Origin: Candidatus Omnitrophota bacterium | GTDB taxonomy: Bacteria; Ratteibacteria; UBA8468; MWAK01 | NCBI GenBank assembly: GCA_043826355.1 | Contig: JBDRQI010000002.1 | Span: 41,223-105,222, forward strand | Reading direction: 5' to 3' | DNA length: 64,000 bases | Shown here: positions 18,985-28,569 of the stretch, piece after piece | Position numbering within the stretch: the first letter of the stretch is position 1 | Layout of the letters: every line of letters begins with the position of its first letter | Made by a program: the position numbers and the translations under genes | Notes under the pieces: generated by a model | The model's database searches: none | Told to the model about the DNA's origin: nothing | What the model saw: the letters and a program-made list of their open reading frames with translations, nothing else

Positions 18985-21534
18985 TCAACCGCTCAAAACA
19001 TGGATGCCCTCTTGTATCGGTGCTATCCGGTATGATTGGCCAAACCGTAGATATTTTTGCGGCCGGACAACCATCTTATCGTTAAAAAACAACGGTTTCC
19101 CATCGGGAAGCGGCAGACCGGCGAGCGCCGAAGCGCCGGGCGGAAGCGAAATTTCCAACTGCCAATTCCCGTTATATTCCCAGCTAACGTCTATCACCCC
19201 TTTTGGTGTCGGAATGCGGCCGCGAGCCCAGGTAAGATTACCGCGCTGCGGTAGCACCATAAAGTCCGTTGCCGGATCGTCCGAGGGGGCAACACCGAGG
19301 ATATACCGTCCAAGGACAAATGCGGGCGCACAAGCCCAACCGTGGGAAAGCGAACCGTTTTCGCGGTTCCAGACTTCCCAGACGGTCGTTGCTCCCTGGC
19401 GGGAAAAATCGCCCCAGCGCAGGCGGATAAGATCGAGCGCCTCAACCGTCATCCCCAATTCATACATCGCTTCCAGTGCGAAGCCGGCAAAATACGGCGT
19501 ACCGAGCGGAACCATTTTTTCATCATCCCAGCGGTACCGGTTGAGCGCGATGGCTACGCCGGAGTTGGCATCGCCGGCTTCCGGAATGATAATATCGTAG
19601 TCCTTACGGTCGGGAACGAAAATGCTGAAGAGATTTTCTCCCTGCAAACGTTTCAGGATTGAATTCCGCTGTCCTTCATTCGCCAGGCCGAACAGAACCG
19701 CCAGATAGTTTTCCTGACAGCCCCAGCGGGCCAACTGTTTTCCCTGGTGCCAACCGTTCACGAAAACCCCGCGGCCGGCGTCCCAAAAAAGTATTTGAAA
19801 GTTTCGCTTTAAAGTCCCGGCGCTTTCCAGGAGGGATTTTGCGGCCGACAATTCACCGGCTGCCCCGGAGATGGCGGCGGCCGCGCTCAGGAAGTGGTAC
19901 GCGTGTGCATTCCAGGCGGCGTTGGCGCCTCTGGTGTCCACCGGCGACCAGTCGATAAAATTGTAAATGTTTGTCTCCGCCGATACCTCGAGGGGCAGGT
20001 TGCCGTATATTCCTTCGGGCAGGCGATAGGTTTCAAGCCAGTCGGCAATGCGTTTGATTGTCGGCCACAATTCCCGCCCAAGGCTGCGGTCACCGGTGTG
20101 CCGGATATAATCACGTACGCTGACCGCATAGGTAAGGGTCCAGGTGGAAATATGGGAACTTTTGCAGCTGGGATACTTGCTTTGCATCGCTCCCGACGGA
20201 AGCTGCCCGCGCGCGTGCTGGCGCAGGAAACGCCGCATCAAGGCCGTGTCGCCGAACACGTAATAGTTTGCCAGCGCCTTGATAACGTCGTCACCAAGCC
20301 AGGAGCCGCGCTCGCGCCACGGCGTATCCATATATCCGTCTTCCATGCAGAGCTGCGCGGTATGGGCGCTGATTTCCCATGCCTGGTCAAGCGCCGGGTC
20401 GCTGCAGACAAAGCGGCCCGTCCACTGCACCGGATAGGTGCTGCGCTGCAGCGCCACTGATTCTACGGTGGCGCGTCCTCCCCGGACATCTATTTGCAGA
20501 TAGCGGAAACACTTAGGCCAGGTGATGCGATGTTTCAACGTACCTTCCCCGAGGATGAGGCGGTCAACGTATGGAAGGTGCTTGGTTGGGTCTATTGTCC
20601 CCAGCCGCAGATGTTCGGCATAACTAACATCAACGATTGTTCCCGGTATTCCGTTCAATTCAATTATGGGGTAGCCGGTCCAGATGCGTCCGAAATCCCA
20701 GAGCGCATAACAACCGTCTGAAGCAGGAAGCGCGGAAGCATCCAGCATCCAGCGGTCTGCTCGGCCGCTCCTGCCCGGTTCTACGGAAACCAGTCCCTGG
20801 TTGTCTGCCGTCCTTCGGGCTGATACGATCTGCCGGGGCAATCCGGTCATCTCCCCGGAATCCAACGCTGAATCAAACCGGGTAATCCCCGTTGCAATGC
20901 ATCGGTCCGGCTGGTGGGTGTTCCAGTTGAAAAGAGGTATGTCGCGCAACTCAAGGTTTTCCGGAGGCATAAGTTCTGACAATTCAGTGGCATGACTCCA
21001 GGCGGAATCATCAAAATCATTATTCCAGGGTTCGCCGAGCGTCAGACGCGCGTCAAAAGATTGGACCGGGGGCTGGAAATCATCGCGGCTGATGGTCTTG
21101 GCCGCGTAAGCACGCTCGCGGCAAACCCTCCACGAGCGGTCGCTGACAATCTCTTTTCCGTTGCAGTAAATACAGGCGCGGAGTGCCCCGCGTTTGGGCA
21201 TGCAGGAAGTGATTTTACCGGACGAGCCGTAACTGTAAACCAGAACCGTAACGGTATTGGCGCCCGCCGCAATATTTGATTCTATTTGATAACGGTCGAA
21301 AGTGGGTGTTTCCCAATGAAACTTCGGCGGACCAAACCCTACCGGACGGCCGTTAATCCACAAAAAGTAACGGAGGTCCGCGGTAATGTCAATCCGGGCG
21401 CCGGCAGGGTTTCGAACGGCGAAACTGCGCCGGGCATAAATCCAGACGTTGGACTCACCCGGGTCATCTTCGGTCCATATCCAGCGGGCGTTTCTGAGTC
21501 CATTATGAGGCTGGATTAAAGGGTTCATGTTCAT
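18985..21534 (-). CDS. Alpha-L-rhamnosidase family (GH78) protein
   Basis: Motifs DFGR, DTPWRERGSWLGD, FIDW, GATTVWE and SLSHGW. Confidence 0.88.
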   Translation of the reverse strand: MNMNPLIQPHNGLRNARWIWTEDDPGESNVWIYARRSFAVRNPAGARIDITADLRYFLWINGRPVGFGPPKFHWETPTFDRYQIESNIAAGANTVTVLVYSYGSSGKITSCMPKRGALRACIYCNGKEIVSDRSWRVCRERAYAAKTISRDDFQPPVQSFDARLTLGEPWNNDFDDSAWSHATELSELMPPENLELRDIPLFNWNTHQPDRCIATGITRFDSALDSGEMTGLPRQIVSARRTADNQGLVSVEPGRSGRADRWMLDASALPASDGCYALWDFGRIWTGYPIIELNGIPGTIVDVSYAEHLRLGTIDPTKHLPYVDRLILGEGTLKHRITWPKCFRYLQIDVRGGRATVESVALQRSTYPVQWTGRFVCSDPALDQAWEISAHTAQLCMEDGYMDTPWRERGSWLGDDVIKALANYYVFGDTALMRRFLRQHARGQLPSGAMQSKYPSCKSSHISTWTLTYAVSVRDYIRHTGDRSLGRELWPTIKRIADWLETYRLPEGIYGNLPLEVSAETNIYNFIDWSPVDTRGANAAWNAHAYHFLSAAAAISGAAGELSAAKSLLESAGTLKRNFQILFWDAGRGVFVNGWHQGKQLARWGCQENYLAVLFGLANEGQRNSILKRLQGENLFSIFVPDRKDYDIIIPEAGDANSGVAIALNRYRWDDEKMVPLGTPYFAGFALEAMYELGMTVEALDLIRLRWGDFSRQGATTVWEVWNRENGSLSHGWACAPAFVLGRYILGVAPSDDPATDFMVLPQRGNLTWARGRIPTPKGVIDVSWEYNGNWQLEISLPPGASALAGLPLPDGKPLFFNDKMVVRPQKYLRFGQSYRIAPIQEGIHVLSG

Positions 21535-21831
21535 AACTTTGCCTTTTTTCTAAAATAACCTGACACCCTCCGTTTATCCGGCAAAAAGAGATATTTTATC
21601 CGAAGACTATGCCTGATTTATTATATTATACTCTGCCGTATCTGTTTGTTATTAAAAAGATCCGGACTTAGTGTTGATTGTATGTAACTTTTTGATGATT
21701 TAGACGAAACAACGGTCTTGAATCTTACGAATCTTGCCCCGGAAGGTTACGGCTTCGCTTACCGGCTGAAACGATTTGCGCAATGATTTATGTCCGGGGA
21801 TATTTTCCCGGGTTGCCGAAGTTGACCCTTT

Positions 21832-22887
21832 TTACCGCAGACCGGCGTGTTCGTCCAAGCCATCCATAATGGCCCGGCAGTTTTCCTGCCAGCGTTCCGG
21901 AGGCATGTCTTCCGTAATGCCCATTATCAACCCGGCAACCGTCTTCACCTGGTTCAGCAGGTCTATGGCGGTCTTCTTAATCTCTGCGCTTGTCTTCAGG
22001 TGAGCGGATGACGGAAAGTTGAGCCAGATGACCTTGTCCGGCCAGGCATCCCTTGCTTCTTTCAACGTCATGTCCGTGTCCGGGGCCGGCGTGAACGCCT
22101 CAATGTAATCCAGTCCGGCGCCGGCGATCGCCTTAGCCAGCACGCGGCAGTTGGCATCAAAGTGGCAGCCGACCAATTTTCCGTGCCGGTGCATAATCTC
22201 CGCCGCCTCGTTGTAGTGTTGAACATAATACTTTTCAAAAGTTTCCAGGCCGATGATTTCCGGAACGACGTTTCCGCCGTAGTTGGCGTGCGAAGCCGGG
22301 GATTCCGCCACCAGGGAGTAAATCCGGCGGCGGTTGGCGACGATGGCGTCGTAGATTTTTAATACTTCATCCCGGTTGTCCATCCATTCCAGACAGAAAG
22401 TCTGGGTGCTCATAACCTCGTCCGAAATCAAGGTCTGCAGCGGTTCCAGGCCGAAGCCCGCCCGGAAGATGGCGTCTTCGCCGAAACTCTTTTCCGCCGC
22501 CGTAAAGACTTCATAAGTCGGTTTATACTGCTCGTTTTTGAAGAGGAAAAGGATAGCCTTATAGTCTTTGGGCCCCTTGAACATCTTCTCGTGGCACCAG
22601 GTGGTGAATACGACCGGCTCGGACAGGGTGGTCAGGGTGCCGACCGGAGTTTCGTAATAGGTCCTGACAAACTGCCGTTCTCCTTCCCAGTAAACGTCCT
22701 GGGTTGTTTTGACATTCGGCCGGATGGTTTTAAAGACCGGCACATCCCTCTTGACGATGCACAAGCCCCGGTTGCGCAGTTCCCGTTCCGCGGCGCACTG
22801 GGGTATCTTGCTTTCGTAAACGGTAAAAGGGACGCGGTCGCCGTGACCGCCGGCCAGGGCTTTTTCCACTCTTTGTCTGGGAGTCAT
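21832..22887 (-). CDS. UroD/MtbA (cobalamin methyltransferase-like) family protein
   Basis: Starts MTPRQRV..AL.G..DRVPF. Motifs FEKYY, GCHFDA, IEAFTPAPDTD and ITEDMP. Confidence 0.72.
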   Translation of the reverse strand: MTPRQRVEKALAGGHGDRVPFTVYESKIPQCAAERELRNRGLCIVKRDVPVFKTIRPNVKTTQDVYWEGERQFVRTYYETPVGTLTTLSEPVVFTTWCHEKMFKGPKDYKAILFLFKNEQYKPTYEVFTAAEKSFGEDAIFRAGFGLEPLQTLISDEVMSTQTFCLEWMDNRDEVLKIYDAIVANRRRIYSLVAESPASHANYGGNVVPEIIGLETFEKYYVQHYNEAAEIMHRHGKLVGCHFDANCRVLAKAIAGAGLDYIEAFTPAPDTDMTLKEARDAWPDKVIWLNFPSSAHLKTSAEIKKTAIDLLNQVKTVAGLIMGITEDMPPERWQENCRAIMDGLDEHAGLR

Positions 22888-23037
22888 AATTCCCAAATTT
22901 TATATTATTTCCGCTGGCTTGACAAGTTTCCATTCGCAATTGATAATCAATCTAAAACTTGCGTTTGATTTTATCTTCTGATAAAATTACTAACATACGG
23001 TAAATAGTTAATTTATCCTTTGGCAACCCATAAAATT

Positions 23038-25518
23038 ATGGCAAACAACAATTCAAAGCGGCTGAAACTTAAAGCGGAAGAAGTAAGAGCTGCCTGCCCG
23101 GAAAAAGCCTGTCCTCACGAAAACACGTCCAAAATTCCGCCCCTGGAAGGCATTATCGGCCAGAACCGGGCCGCCCGGTCCCTGGAGTTCGGTCTCAAGA
23201 TTCAAAAACGCGGTTTCAATATTTACGTTTCCGGAATACCGGGTACCGGCCGGACGACCTCGGTTGACGCCGCGGTGGCGGAGCTGGCCAGGACCCAGCC
23301 GGTGCCTGACGACTGGTGCTACGTCTATAATTTTGAAGACCCGGACCGGCCGAAAGCGCTCTGTTTTCCTCCGGGCATGGGCCGGATGTTCCATAAGGAT
23401 ATTGATATCCTGATCGAAGAACTAAAAATCGAAGTACCGCGCGCCTTTGAAAGCAAAGAGTATGAAGAGCAGCGCAACCAGATTCTGCAGTTGTTGCAGG
23501 AGGAGCGCCAGCGCTTATACGTCGGGTTGGAAAAGAAGGCGGAACAGAAAGGGTTCACCCTCAAACAGACTGCAACCGGCCTGCTGCTTCTGCCCATCAT
23601 GGAAGGTAAACCGCTGACCGAAGCCGAATACGAGAAGTTAGGGCCTGCCGAAAAGGATTTTTACCGGAAAAAACAGGAGAAGATTTACGCGGAAATCTCA
23701 GAGGTGATGCGCCAGATACGGCAGCGGGAAAAAGATATCCGCGGCAAGGTTCAGTATTTAGACCGGGAGACCGGGACATTCACGGTGAAGCACCATTTCG
23801 ACGAACTGCGCCAGAAATATCAGGACCTTCCGGAAGTAACCAGCCATCTGGAGCGCGTCCAGCAGGAATTGGTGGAACACATCCACGATTTTCTGGAGAA
23901 GGAGGAGGCAGAGATTCTACCCGGCCTGAAGATGCCGGTCCAGCGGAACCCGTTTCTGCCTTACCGGGTCAACCTTTTGATAGACAACAGCCAGACCAGG
24001 GGCGCGCCGGTGGTCAGGGAGGGAAATCCGACCTATTTTAACCTTATCGGCCGCCAGGAGTACCGGCCCCAGTTCGGCTCCTTTGTGAGCGATTTTACAA
24101 TGATTAAGGCCGGCGCTTTGCATCGGGCAAACGGCGGATATCTTATCCTTCAGGCAAACGACCTTTTCACCCGGTATTTTTCCTGGCAGGCGCTGAAGCG
24201 GTGTCTTAAGAACGGCGCGATGCGGATAGAAGACCTCGCCGAGGAGTTTCATCTCATCAGTACCCCGTCCACCCGGCCGGAGCCGATTCCGCTTTCCACT
24301 AAGGTGATTATCATCGGCAACCCGTACGTTTACCAGCTGCTTTTTGCCTATGATGAAGACTTTCCGAAACTTTTTAAGGTCAAGGCCGATTTTGATTACC
24401 GGCTTGACCGGGACGAGGAGGGTGTTAAACAATACGCGGCTTTTATCAGCCGGCACTGTCAGGAAAACAACCTCCTGCCGTTCCACCGTTCCGCCATCGT
24501 CAGGATTGTGGAATACGGCAGCCGGTTGGTGGAAGACCAGCAGAAACTGACCAGCCGTTTTATGGAAGTGGCGAATATTTTGCAGGAGGCGGATTACTGG
24601 GCAAGGCAGGAGCAGAAAAAGGTGGTTATGGCCGAGGACGTGCAGCGCGCGGTTGAGGAGAAGGTTTACCGCAGCAACCGGATTGAAGAACGCATCCGGG
24701 AAATGATCAAAGACGGCCAGATTTTGATGGATGACCGGGGCGGCGTGGTGGGCCAGGTGAACGGTCTGGCCGTCCTTTTCCTCGGCGATTACATGTTCGG
24801 CCGTCCCAGTCGGATTACGGTGCGGACTTTTGTGGGCAAAGAAGGGATACTGGATATTGAGAGAGAGACCAAGTTGGGTGGGCAGATACACACTAAAGGC
24901 ATCTTAATCCTGAACGGGTTCCTGGGCCAGCGGTATGCCCACACAGAACCGTTAACCCTTTCCGCTTCAATCTGTTTTGAACAGTCATACGAGGAGGTGG
25001 AGGGAGACAGCGCCAGCAGCGCGGAGCTTTACGCGCTGCTTTCCAGTTTGTCCGAACTGCCGCTCAAGCAGGGGATTGCCGTAACCGGCTCGGTTAACCA
25101 GAAGGGCGAGGTACAGCCCATCGGCGGGGTCAACGAAAAGGTAGAGGGCTTCTTTGAAGTATGTAAATTAAGAGGTTTTACCGGAGAACAGGGCGTTATT
25201 ATTCCCCGGACAAACGTCAAGAACCTGATGCTCAAGGAAGATGTGGTTAAAGCGATTGCCGCCGGAAAATTCCACGTCTGGGCCGTAACCAACATTGACG
25301 AGGGCGTTGAAATTCTTACCGGCGTGCCGGCCGGAGAACAGCGTTCGAACGGGACATTTCCCGCCGGCAGCATCAACGGTTTGGTAGCGAAGCGGCTGGT
25401 AAAACTGAACGCATATTACACTGAGAGCCAGAAGCCAAAGCGGCGCAGGAAGAAAAAAAATAACAGCAAGAAAGTAAAGAAAAAGCAGGGGCGCGATAAA
25501 TGGCGCCCCTACCCGTAA
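23038..25518 (+). CDS. Lon-like protease (LonC/AAA_32 type, peptidase S16)
   Basis: Motifs IIGQNRA, a degenerate Walker A GIPGTGRTT, GALHRANGGYL, catalytic EGDSAS and PIGGVNEK. Confidence 0.9.
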   Translation: MANNNSKRLKLKAEEVRAACPEKACPHENTSKIPPLEGIIGQNRAARSLEFGLKIQKRGFNIYVSGIPGTGRTTSVDAAVAELARTQPVPDDWCYVYNFEDPDRPKALCFPPGMGRMFHKDIDILIEELKIEVPRAFESKEYEEQRNQILQLLQEERQRLYVGLEKKAEQKGFTLKQTATGLLLLPIMEGKPLTEAEYEKLGPAEKDFYRKKQEKIYAEISEVMRQIRQREKDIRGKVQYLDRETGTFTVKHHFDELRQKYQDLPEVTSHLERVQQELVEHIHDFLEKEEAEILPGLKMPVQRNPFLPYRVNLLIDNSQTRGAPVVREGNPTYFNLIGRQEYRPQFGSFVSDFTMIKAGALHRANGGYLILQANDLFTRYFSWQALKRCLKNGAMRIEDLAEEFHLISTPSTRPEPIPLSTKVIIIGNPYVYQLLFAYDEDFPKLFKVKADFDYRLDRDEEGVKQYAAFISRHCQENNLLPFHRSAIVRIVEYGSRLVEDQQKLTSRFMEVANILQEADYWARQEQKKVVMAEDVQRAVEEKVYRSNRIEERIREMIKDGQILMDDRGGVVGQVNGLAVLFLGDYMFGRPSRITVRTFVGKEGILDIERETKLGGQIHTKGILILNGFLGQRYAHTEPLTLSASICFEQSYEEVEGDSASSAELYALLSSLSELPLKQGIAVTGSVNQKGEVQPIGGVNEKVEGFFEVCKLRGFTGEQGVIIPRTNVKNLMLKEDVVKAIAAGKFHVWAVTNIDEGVEILTGVPAGEQRSNGTFPAGSINGLVAKRLVKLNAYYTESQKPKRRRKKKNNSKKVKKKQGRDKWRPYP
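25485..25512. repeat. GTAG-type REP inside the 3' end of the Lon-like gene
   Basis: gcaggggcgcgataaatggcgcccctac is nearly identical to the REP half at 60107-60130. Confidence 0.75.
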
Positions 25519-25523
25519 AACTT

Positions 25524-26822
25524 ATGCGAAAAATAGCTGTTATCGGCGCCGGGCACGTTGGTCTGGTAACCGCAGCCGGGTTTGCGAAATTAGGCCACCC
25601 GGTGCTGGCGGTTGACCAGGATAAGACCAAGATAGAGATGCTCCTGTCCGGCCAGGTTCCTTTCTTTGAACCGGGTTTACCGGAGTTAGTGGATGAGGCG
25701 GTAAAATCCGACCGGTTGTCGTTTTCCACCCGGATAAAGGACGCGGCGGAGTTTGCGGAAGTTATCTTTATCTGCGTAGGCACTCCCAGCCGGGGTGACA
25801 GCGGAGAATCCGACCTTTCCGCGGTGGAAAAAGTAACCGCCGAGATAGCCCGCAGTCTTTCCTCGTACTGCCTTATCGTAGAGAAGAGCACGGTGCCGGC
25901 GATGACCGGCGAGTGGGTCAAATACACGCTGAAGACCCTGGGACCTAAAGGCGTGCCTTTTGACCTGGCCGCCAATCCTGAATTTTTACGGGAGGGAAGC
26001 GCGGTTTCTGATTTCTTCAAACCGGACCGCATCGTGGTCGGCGTGGAGACGTCCCGCGCCCGCAGTATCATGGAAGAAATTTACGGTTCTTTTCCCGCGC
26101 CGCTGCTTTTTACCGATATAAAGAGCGCGGAACTTATCAAACACGCCAGTAACTCGTTTTTGGCGCTTAAGATTTCTTACATCAACGCAGTCAGCCGCAT
26201 CTGCGAAAAGGTGGGGGCGGACGTCAACCTGGTTTCCAAAGGAGTGGGTTTGGACCGAAGAATCGGTCCCGGACATCTTTCGGCCGGCGTCGGTTACGGC
26301 GGCGGTTGTTTTCCGAAAGACGTCGCTTCTTTTATACACCTTGCCCGGAGCATCGGCTATGATTTTAAAATTCTAAACGCGGCCTTTCAGGCAAATCAAG
26401 AACAGAGACATTTGGCGCTGGAGAAGATTAAGAAAGGCGTCTGGAACCTGAACGGCAAGACGCTCGGCGTCCTGGGACTGGCTTTTAAGGATGAGACCGA
26501 CGACATCCGGGAAAGCCCGGCGCTGGATATTGTCCGGTTGCTGCTGAAGGAAGGCAGCCGGATTAAGGCATACGACCCGGCCGCCGGAGCGAACGCCAGG
26601 GCGGAGTGTCCGGAGATAGCGCTCTGCCGGGACCCCTACGAGGTTGCCGACGGAGCAGACGCCCTCTTGGTTTTAACCGAATGGCCCAGTTTTGCGGAAC
26701 TGGATTTTAACCGCATCAAATCCCTTCTGGTTGCGCCGGTCATTTTTGACGGCCGCAACTTCCTGTCCCGGGAAGAACTTCAGTCCCTCGGATTTACCTA
26801 CCTGGCCCTCGGTCGGCCTTAA
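25524..26822 (+). CDS. ugd: UDP-glucose 6-dehydrogenase
   Basis: Motifs IGAGHVGL, EKSTVP, NPEFLREG, GYGGGCFPKD, GLAFK and FDGRN. Confidence 0.93.
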   Translation: MRKIAVIGAGHVGLVTAAGFAKLGHPVLAVDQDKTKIEMLLSGQVPFFEPGLPELVDEAVKSDRLSFSTRIKDAAEFAEVIFICVGTPSRGDSGESDLSAVEKVTAEIARSLSSYCLIVEKSTVPAMTGEWVKYTLKTLGPKGVPFDLAANPEFLREGSAVSDFFKPDRIVVGVETSRARSIMEEIYGSFPAPLLFTDIKSAELIKHASNSFLALKISYINAVSRICEKVGADVNLVSKGVGLDRRIGPGHLSAGVGYGGGCFPKDVASFIHLARSIGYDFKILNAAFQANQEQRHLALEKIKKGVWNLNGKTLGVLGLAFKDETDDIRESPALDIVRLLLKEGSRIKAYDPAAGANARAECPEIALCRDPYEVADGADALLVLTEWPSFAELDFNRIKSLLVAPVIFDGRNFLSREELQSLGFTYLALGRP

Positions 26823-26870
26823 CACAAACTCTTGAAATTTTGATGGCTCATTTGTAAAGAACCAGTCTAT

Positions 26871-26900
26871 TTGACTTTTTATAACATATATGTTATAAAA
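26871..26900 (+). promoter_or_regulatory. Sigma70 promoter with overlapping perfect 24-bp palindromic operator
   Basis: TTGACT (26871-76), 17-bp spacer, TATAAA (26894-99). Palindrome TTTTATAACATATATGTTATAAAA at 26877-26900. ATG 7 nt after the -10. Confidence 0.8.
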
Positions 26901-26905
26901 TAAAG

Positions 26906-27232
26906 ATGATGCGCACGGTTAATTTTAGGGAGATATGCCGGAAAAAGGGAATAGGGTTAACCAAACTCTCCAGGATGTGCGGTATACCCCAGCCCAGTCT
27001 TTCCCGGTATCAAAGCGGCCGGAGCGATATCACCCTTCGTCAATTAAACCGGATCGCTCTTGCCGTATCATGCGAACTGAATGATATTCTTCAGGAGAAA
27101 CCGGACCTTTTGGATATGTGTTTAAGGAAAATAGCCCGAAGAAAGAAAGACGAACTTTTCCGGGAAGACAAATCATGGGTAAGCCAGATTGTTTGTGATT
27201 TGAATAAACACTATTTGAACGTGAAGAGATAA
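26906..27232 (+). CDS. XRE/Cro-family helix-turn-helix protein (putative antitoxin/repressor)
   Basis: HTH signature KGIGLTKLSRMCGIPQPSLSRYQSGRSDITLRQL with a short C-terminal helical extension. Confidence 0.85.
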   Translation: MMRTVNFREICRKKGIGLTKLSRMCGIPQPSLSRYQSGRSDITLRQLNRIALAVSCELNDILQEKPDLLDMCLRKIARRKKDELFREDKSWVSQIVCDLNKHYLNVKR

Positions 27233-27235
27233 TTT

Positions 27236-27730
27236 ATGGCTGATCCTTATCTCACGGCAATCAGGGAATTTAATAAGGCAAAAATAGACTATCTCGTCAT
27301 CGGTGTTTCCGGTATAAATTACTACGCCAAAGACAGCCGGCAAATCATTATGACTGCCGATTATGATATTTTTTTGAAACCGGAGTTAAGGAACGTCCGG
27401 GAATCTTTGCGGGTAATGCAATCCCTGAAATATGCGATTATAATTGAGGACCGTATCCGGAAAAGTTTTTCAGATAAAACGGTCCAGGGGATTATTAAAA
27501 AGAGAAGCACGATTGTTTGCGAAAACCCGGAACATAATCTGATAGAATTATGTCTGGAAGTTTCTGGTTACCTTTTTGAAAAACTTAAACAAAACGCTCA
27601 TTTTTTCAGGGCAGGAAAAGATAAGATACGAGTAGCTGATTTGAAGGATTTGTTACGGATGAAAATGTTTGCCAACCGGGAAAAAGACCGGCTCTTTCTC
27701 CAAAAATACGCCACAATCCTATCTGAATAA
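27236..27730 (+). CDS. Pol-beta-superfamily nucleotidyltransferase (DUF6036/AbiEii-like; putative toxin)
   Basis: YLVIGVSGINYY...MTADYDIF (G-x-S..T-x-D-x-D) and C-terminal L..MK....REKD. Confidence 0.75.
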   Translation: MADPYLTAIREFNKAKIDYLVIGVSGINYYAKDSRQIIMTADYDIFLKPELRNVRESLRVMQSLKYAIIIEDRIRKSFSDKTVQGIIKKRSTIVCENPEHNLIELCLEVSGYLFEKLKQNAHFFRAGKDKIRVADLKDLLRMKMFANREKDRLFLQKYATILSE

Positions 27731-27738
27731 AAAACTTC

Positions 27739-27768
27739 TGTTATTGTATAACGTTTCTCGCAATGACA
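27739..27768. repeat. Degenerate TGTCATTGCGAG-family remnant between convergent genes
   Basis: tgttattg...ctcgcaatgaca. Confidence 0.5.
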
Positions 27769-27774
27769 GCATTT

Positions 27775-28569
27775 TCAAAAAACGGTGAGGGTGATACCGT
27801 AGCGACGGCTGAGGCAGAAGACCTCTTCTTTTTCCAGAACGAAAGTGCCGGAGGAGATTGCCAGAACCCGGCCGGAAATCCGGGCCATAACTTTAAGGGT
27901 ACGGGGCCCGATTACCGGCAGGTCAAAACGCAGGTCTTGTTTGGGACGGCTTACCTTGACGACCACCAGCCCTTTGGTAAATCGTCCGGCGCGGCGGATG
28001 GTGGAGTCGGTTCCGGATATTCCTTCCAATGCCAACACAATTCCGTCTTTGACCGCTACCGTAAGGCCCACGTCAAGTCCGGCGAGGGTTTCCGCCACTT
28101 TTCGGCCTAATTCAACGTCCGCCTTTTCCCGTTGGGATAGATTCGGGCCAACGGTTGTTCCGGCAGGCAGAAAAAGTTCCTCAATCAGAAAACTTGAGGA
28201 TAAAAAAGAGATACCTTTCTCCTGGAAGTGGTTGGCGATGGCTCCGAGGAAGGTGTTTGTCCTCCGGTCCGGTATTTGGCTCAGGAGTTGCGTCATCTGC
28301 GGGTCAAGGTATTTCGGCTGCAGGAGCCGAAAATGGCGCACCTGGCCCAGCATCACCGCTTCTTTTACGTTGTTTTCCGTAAAGAACCTTACGCCTTTAT
28401 CCAATTGTCCCACTGGCACCACAAGAGAACGTTCTGAAAGATGGATGACTTTTCGCGGAGTTTCGTTTTTGATGGCCAGGGTATAGACCGCAAAACTCTT
28501 TTCTCTGGCTTTATTTAGAAAGAGAAGAGGCAGAGAACCGTTACCGGCGATTAAACCAATTTTATTCAT
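27775..28569 (-). CDS. lpxI: UDP-2,3-diacylglucosamine diphosphatase LpxI
   Basis: Motifs IGLIAGNGSLP, LDVG, EGISGTD and QDLRFDLPVIG. Follows lpxA. Confidence 0.9.
   Translation of the reverse strand: MNKIGLIAGNGSLPLLFLNKAREKSFAVYTLAIKNETPRKVIHLSERSLVVPVGQLDKGVRFFTENNVKEAVMLGQVRHFRLLQPKYLDPQMTQLLSQIPDRRTNTFLGAIANHFQEKGISFLSSSFLIEELFLPAGTTVGPNLSQREKADVELGRKVAETLAGLDVGLTVAVKDGIVLALEGISGTDSTIRRAGRFTKGLVVVKVSRPKQDLRFDLPVIGPRTLKVMARISGRVLAISSGTFVLEKEEVFCLSRRYGITLTVF

Noticed and set aside
23917..24891. Long antisense ORFs (324 aa here; also 9409-10209, 40407-41174, 25373-26071, 27845-28486)
   Set aside because: These are shadow frames of well-supported genes, with no recognisable motifs.
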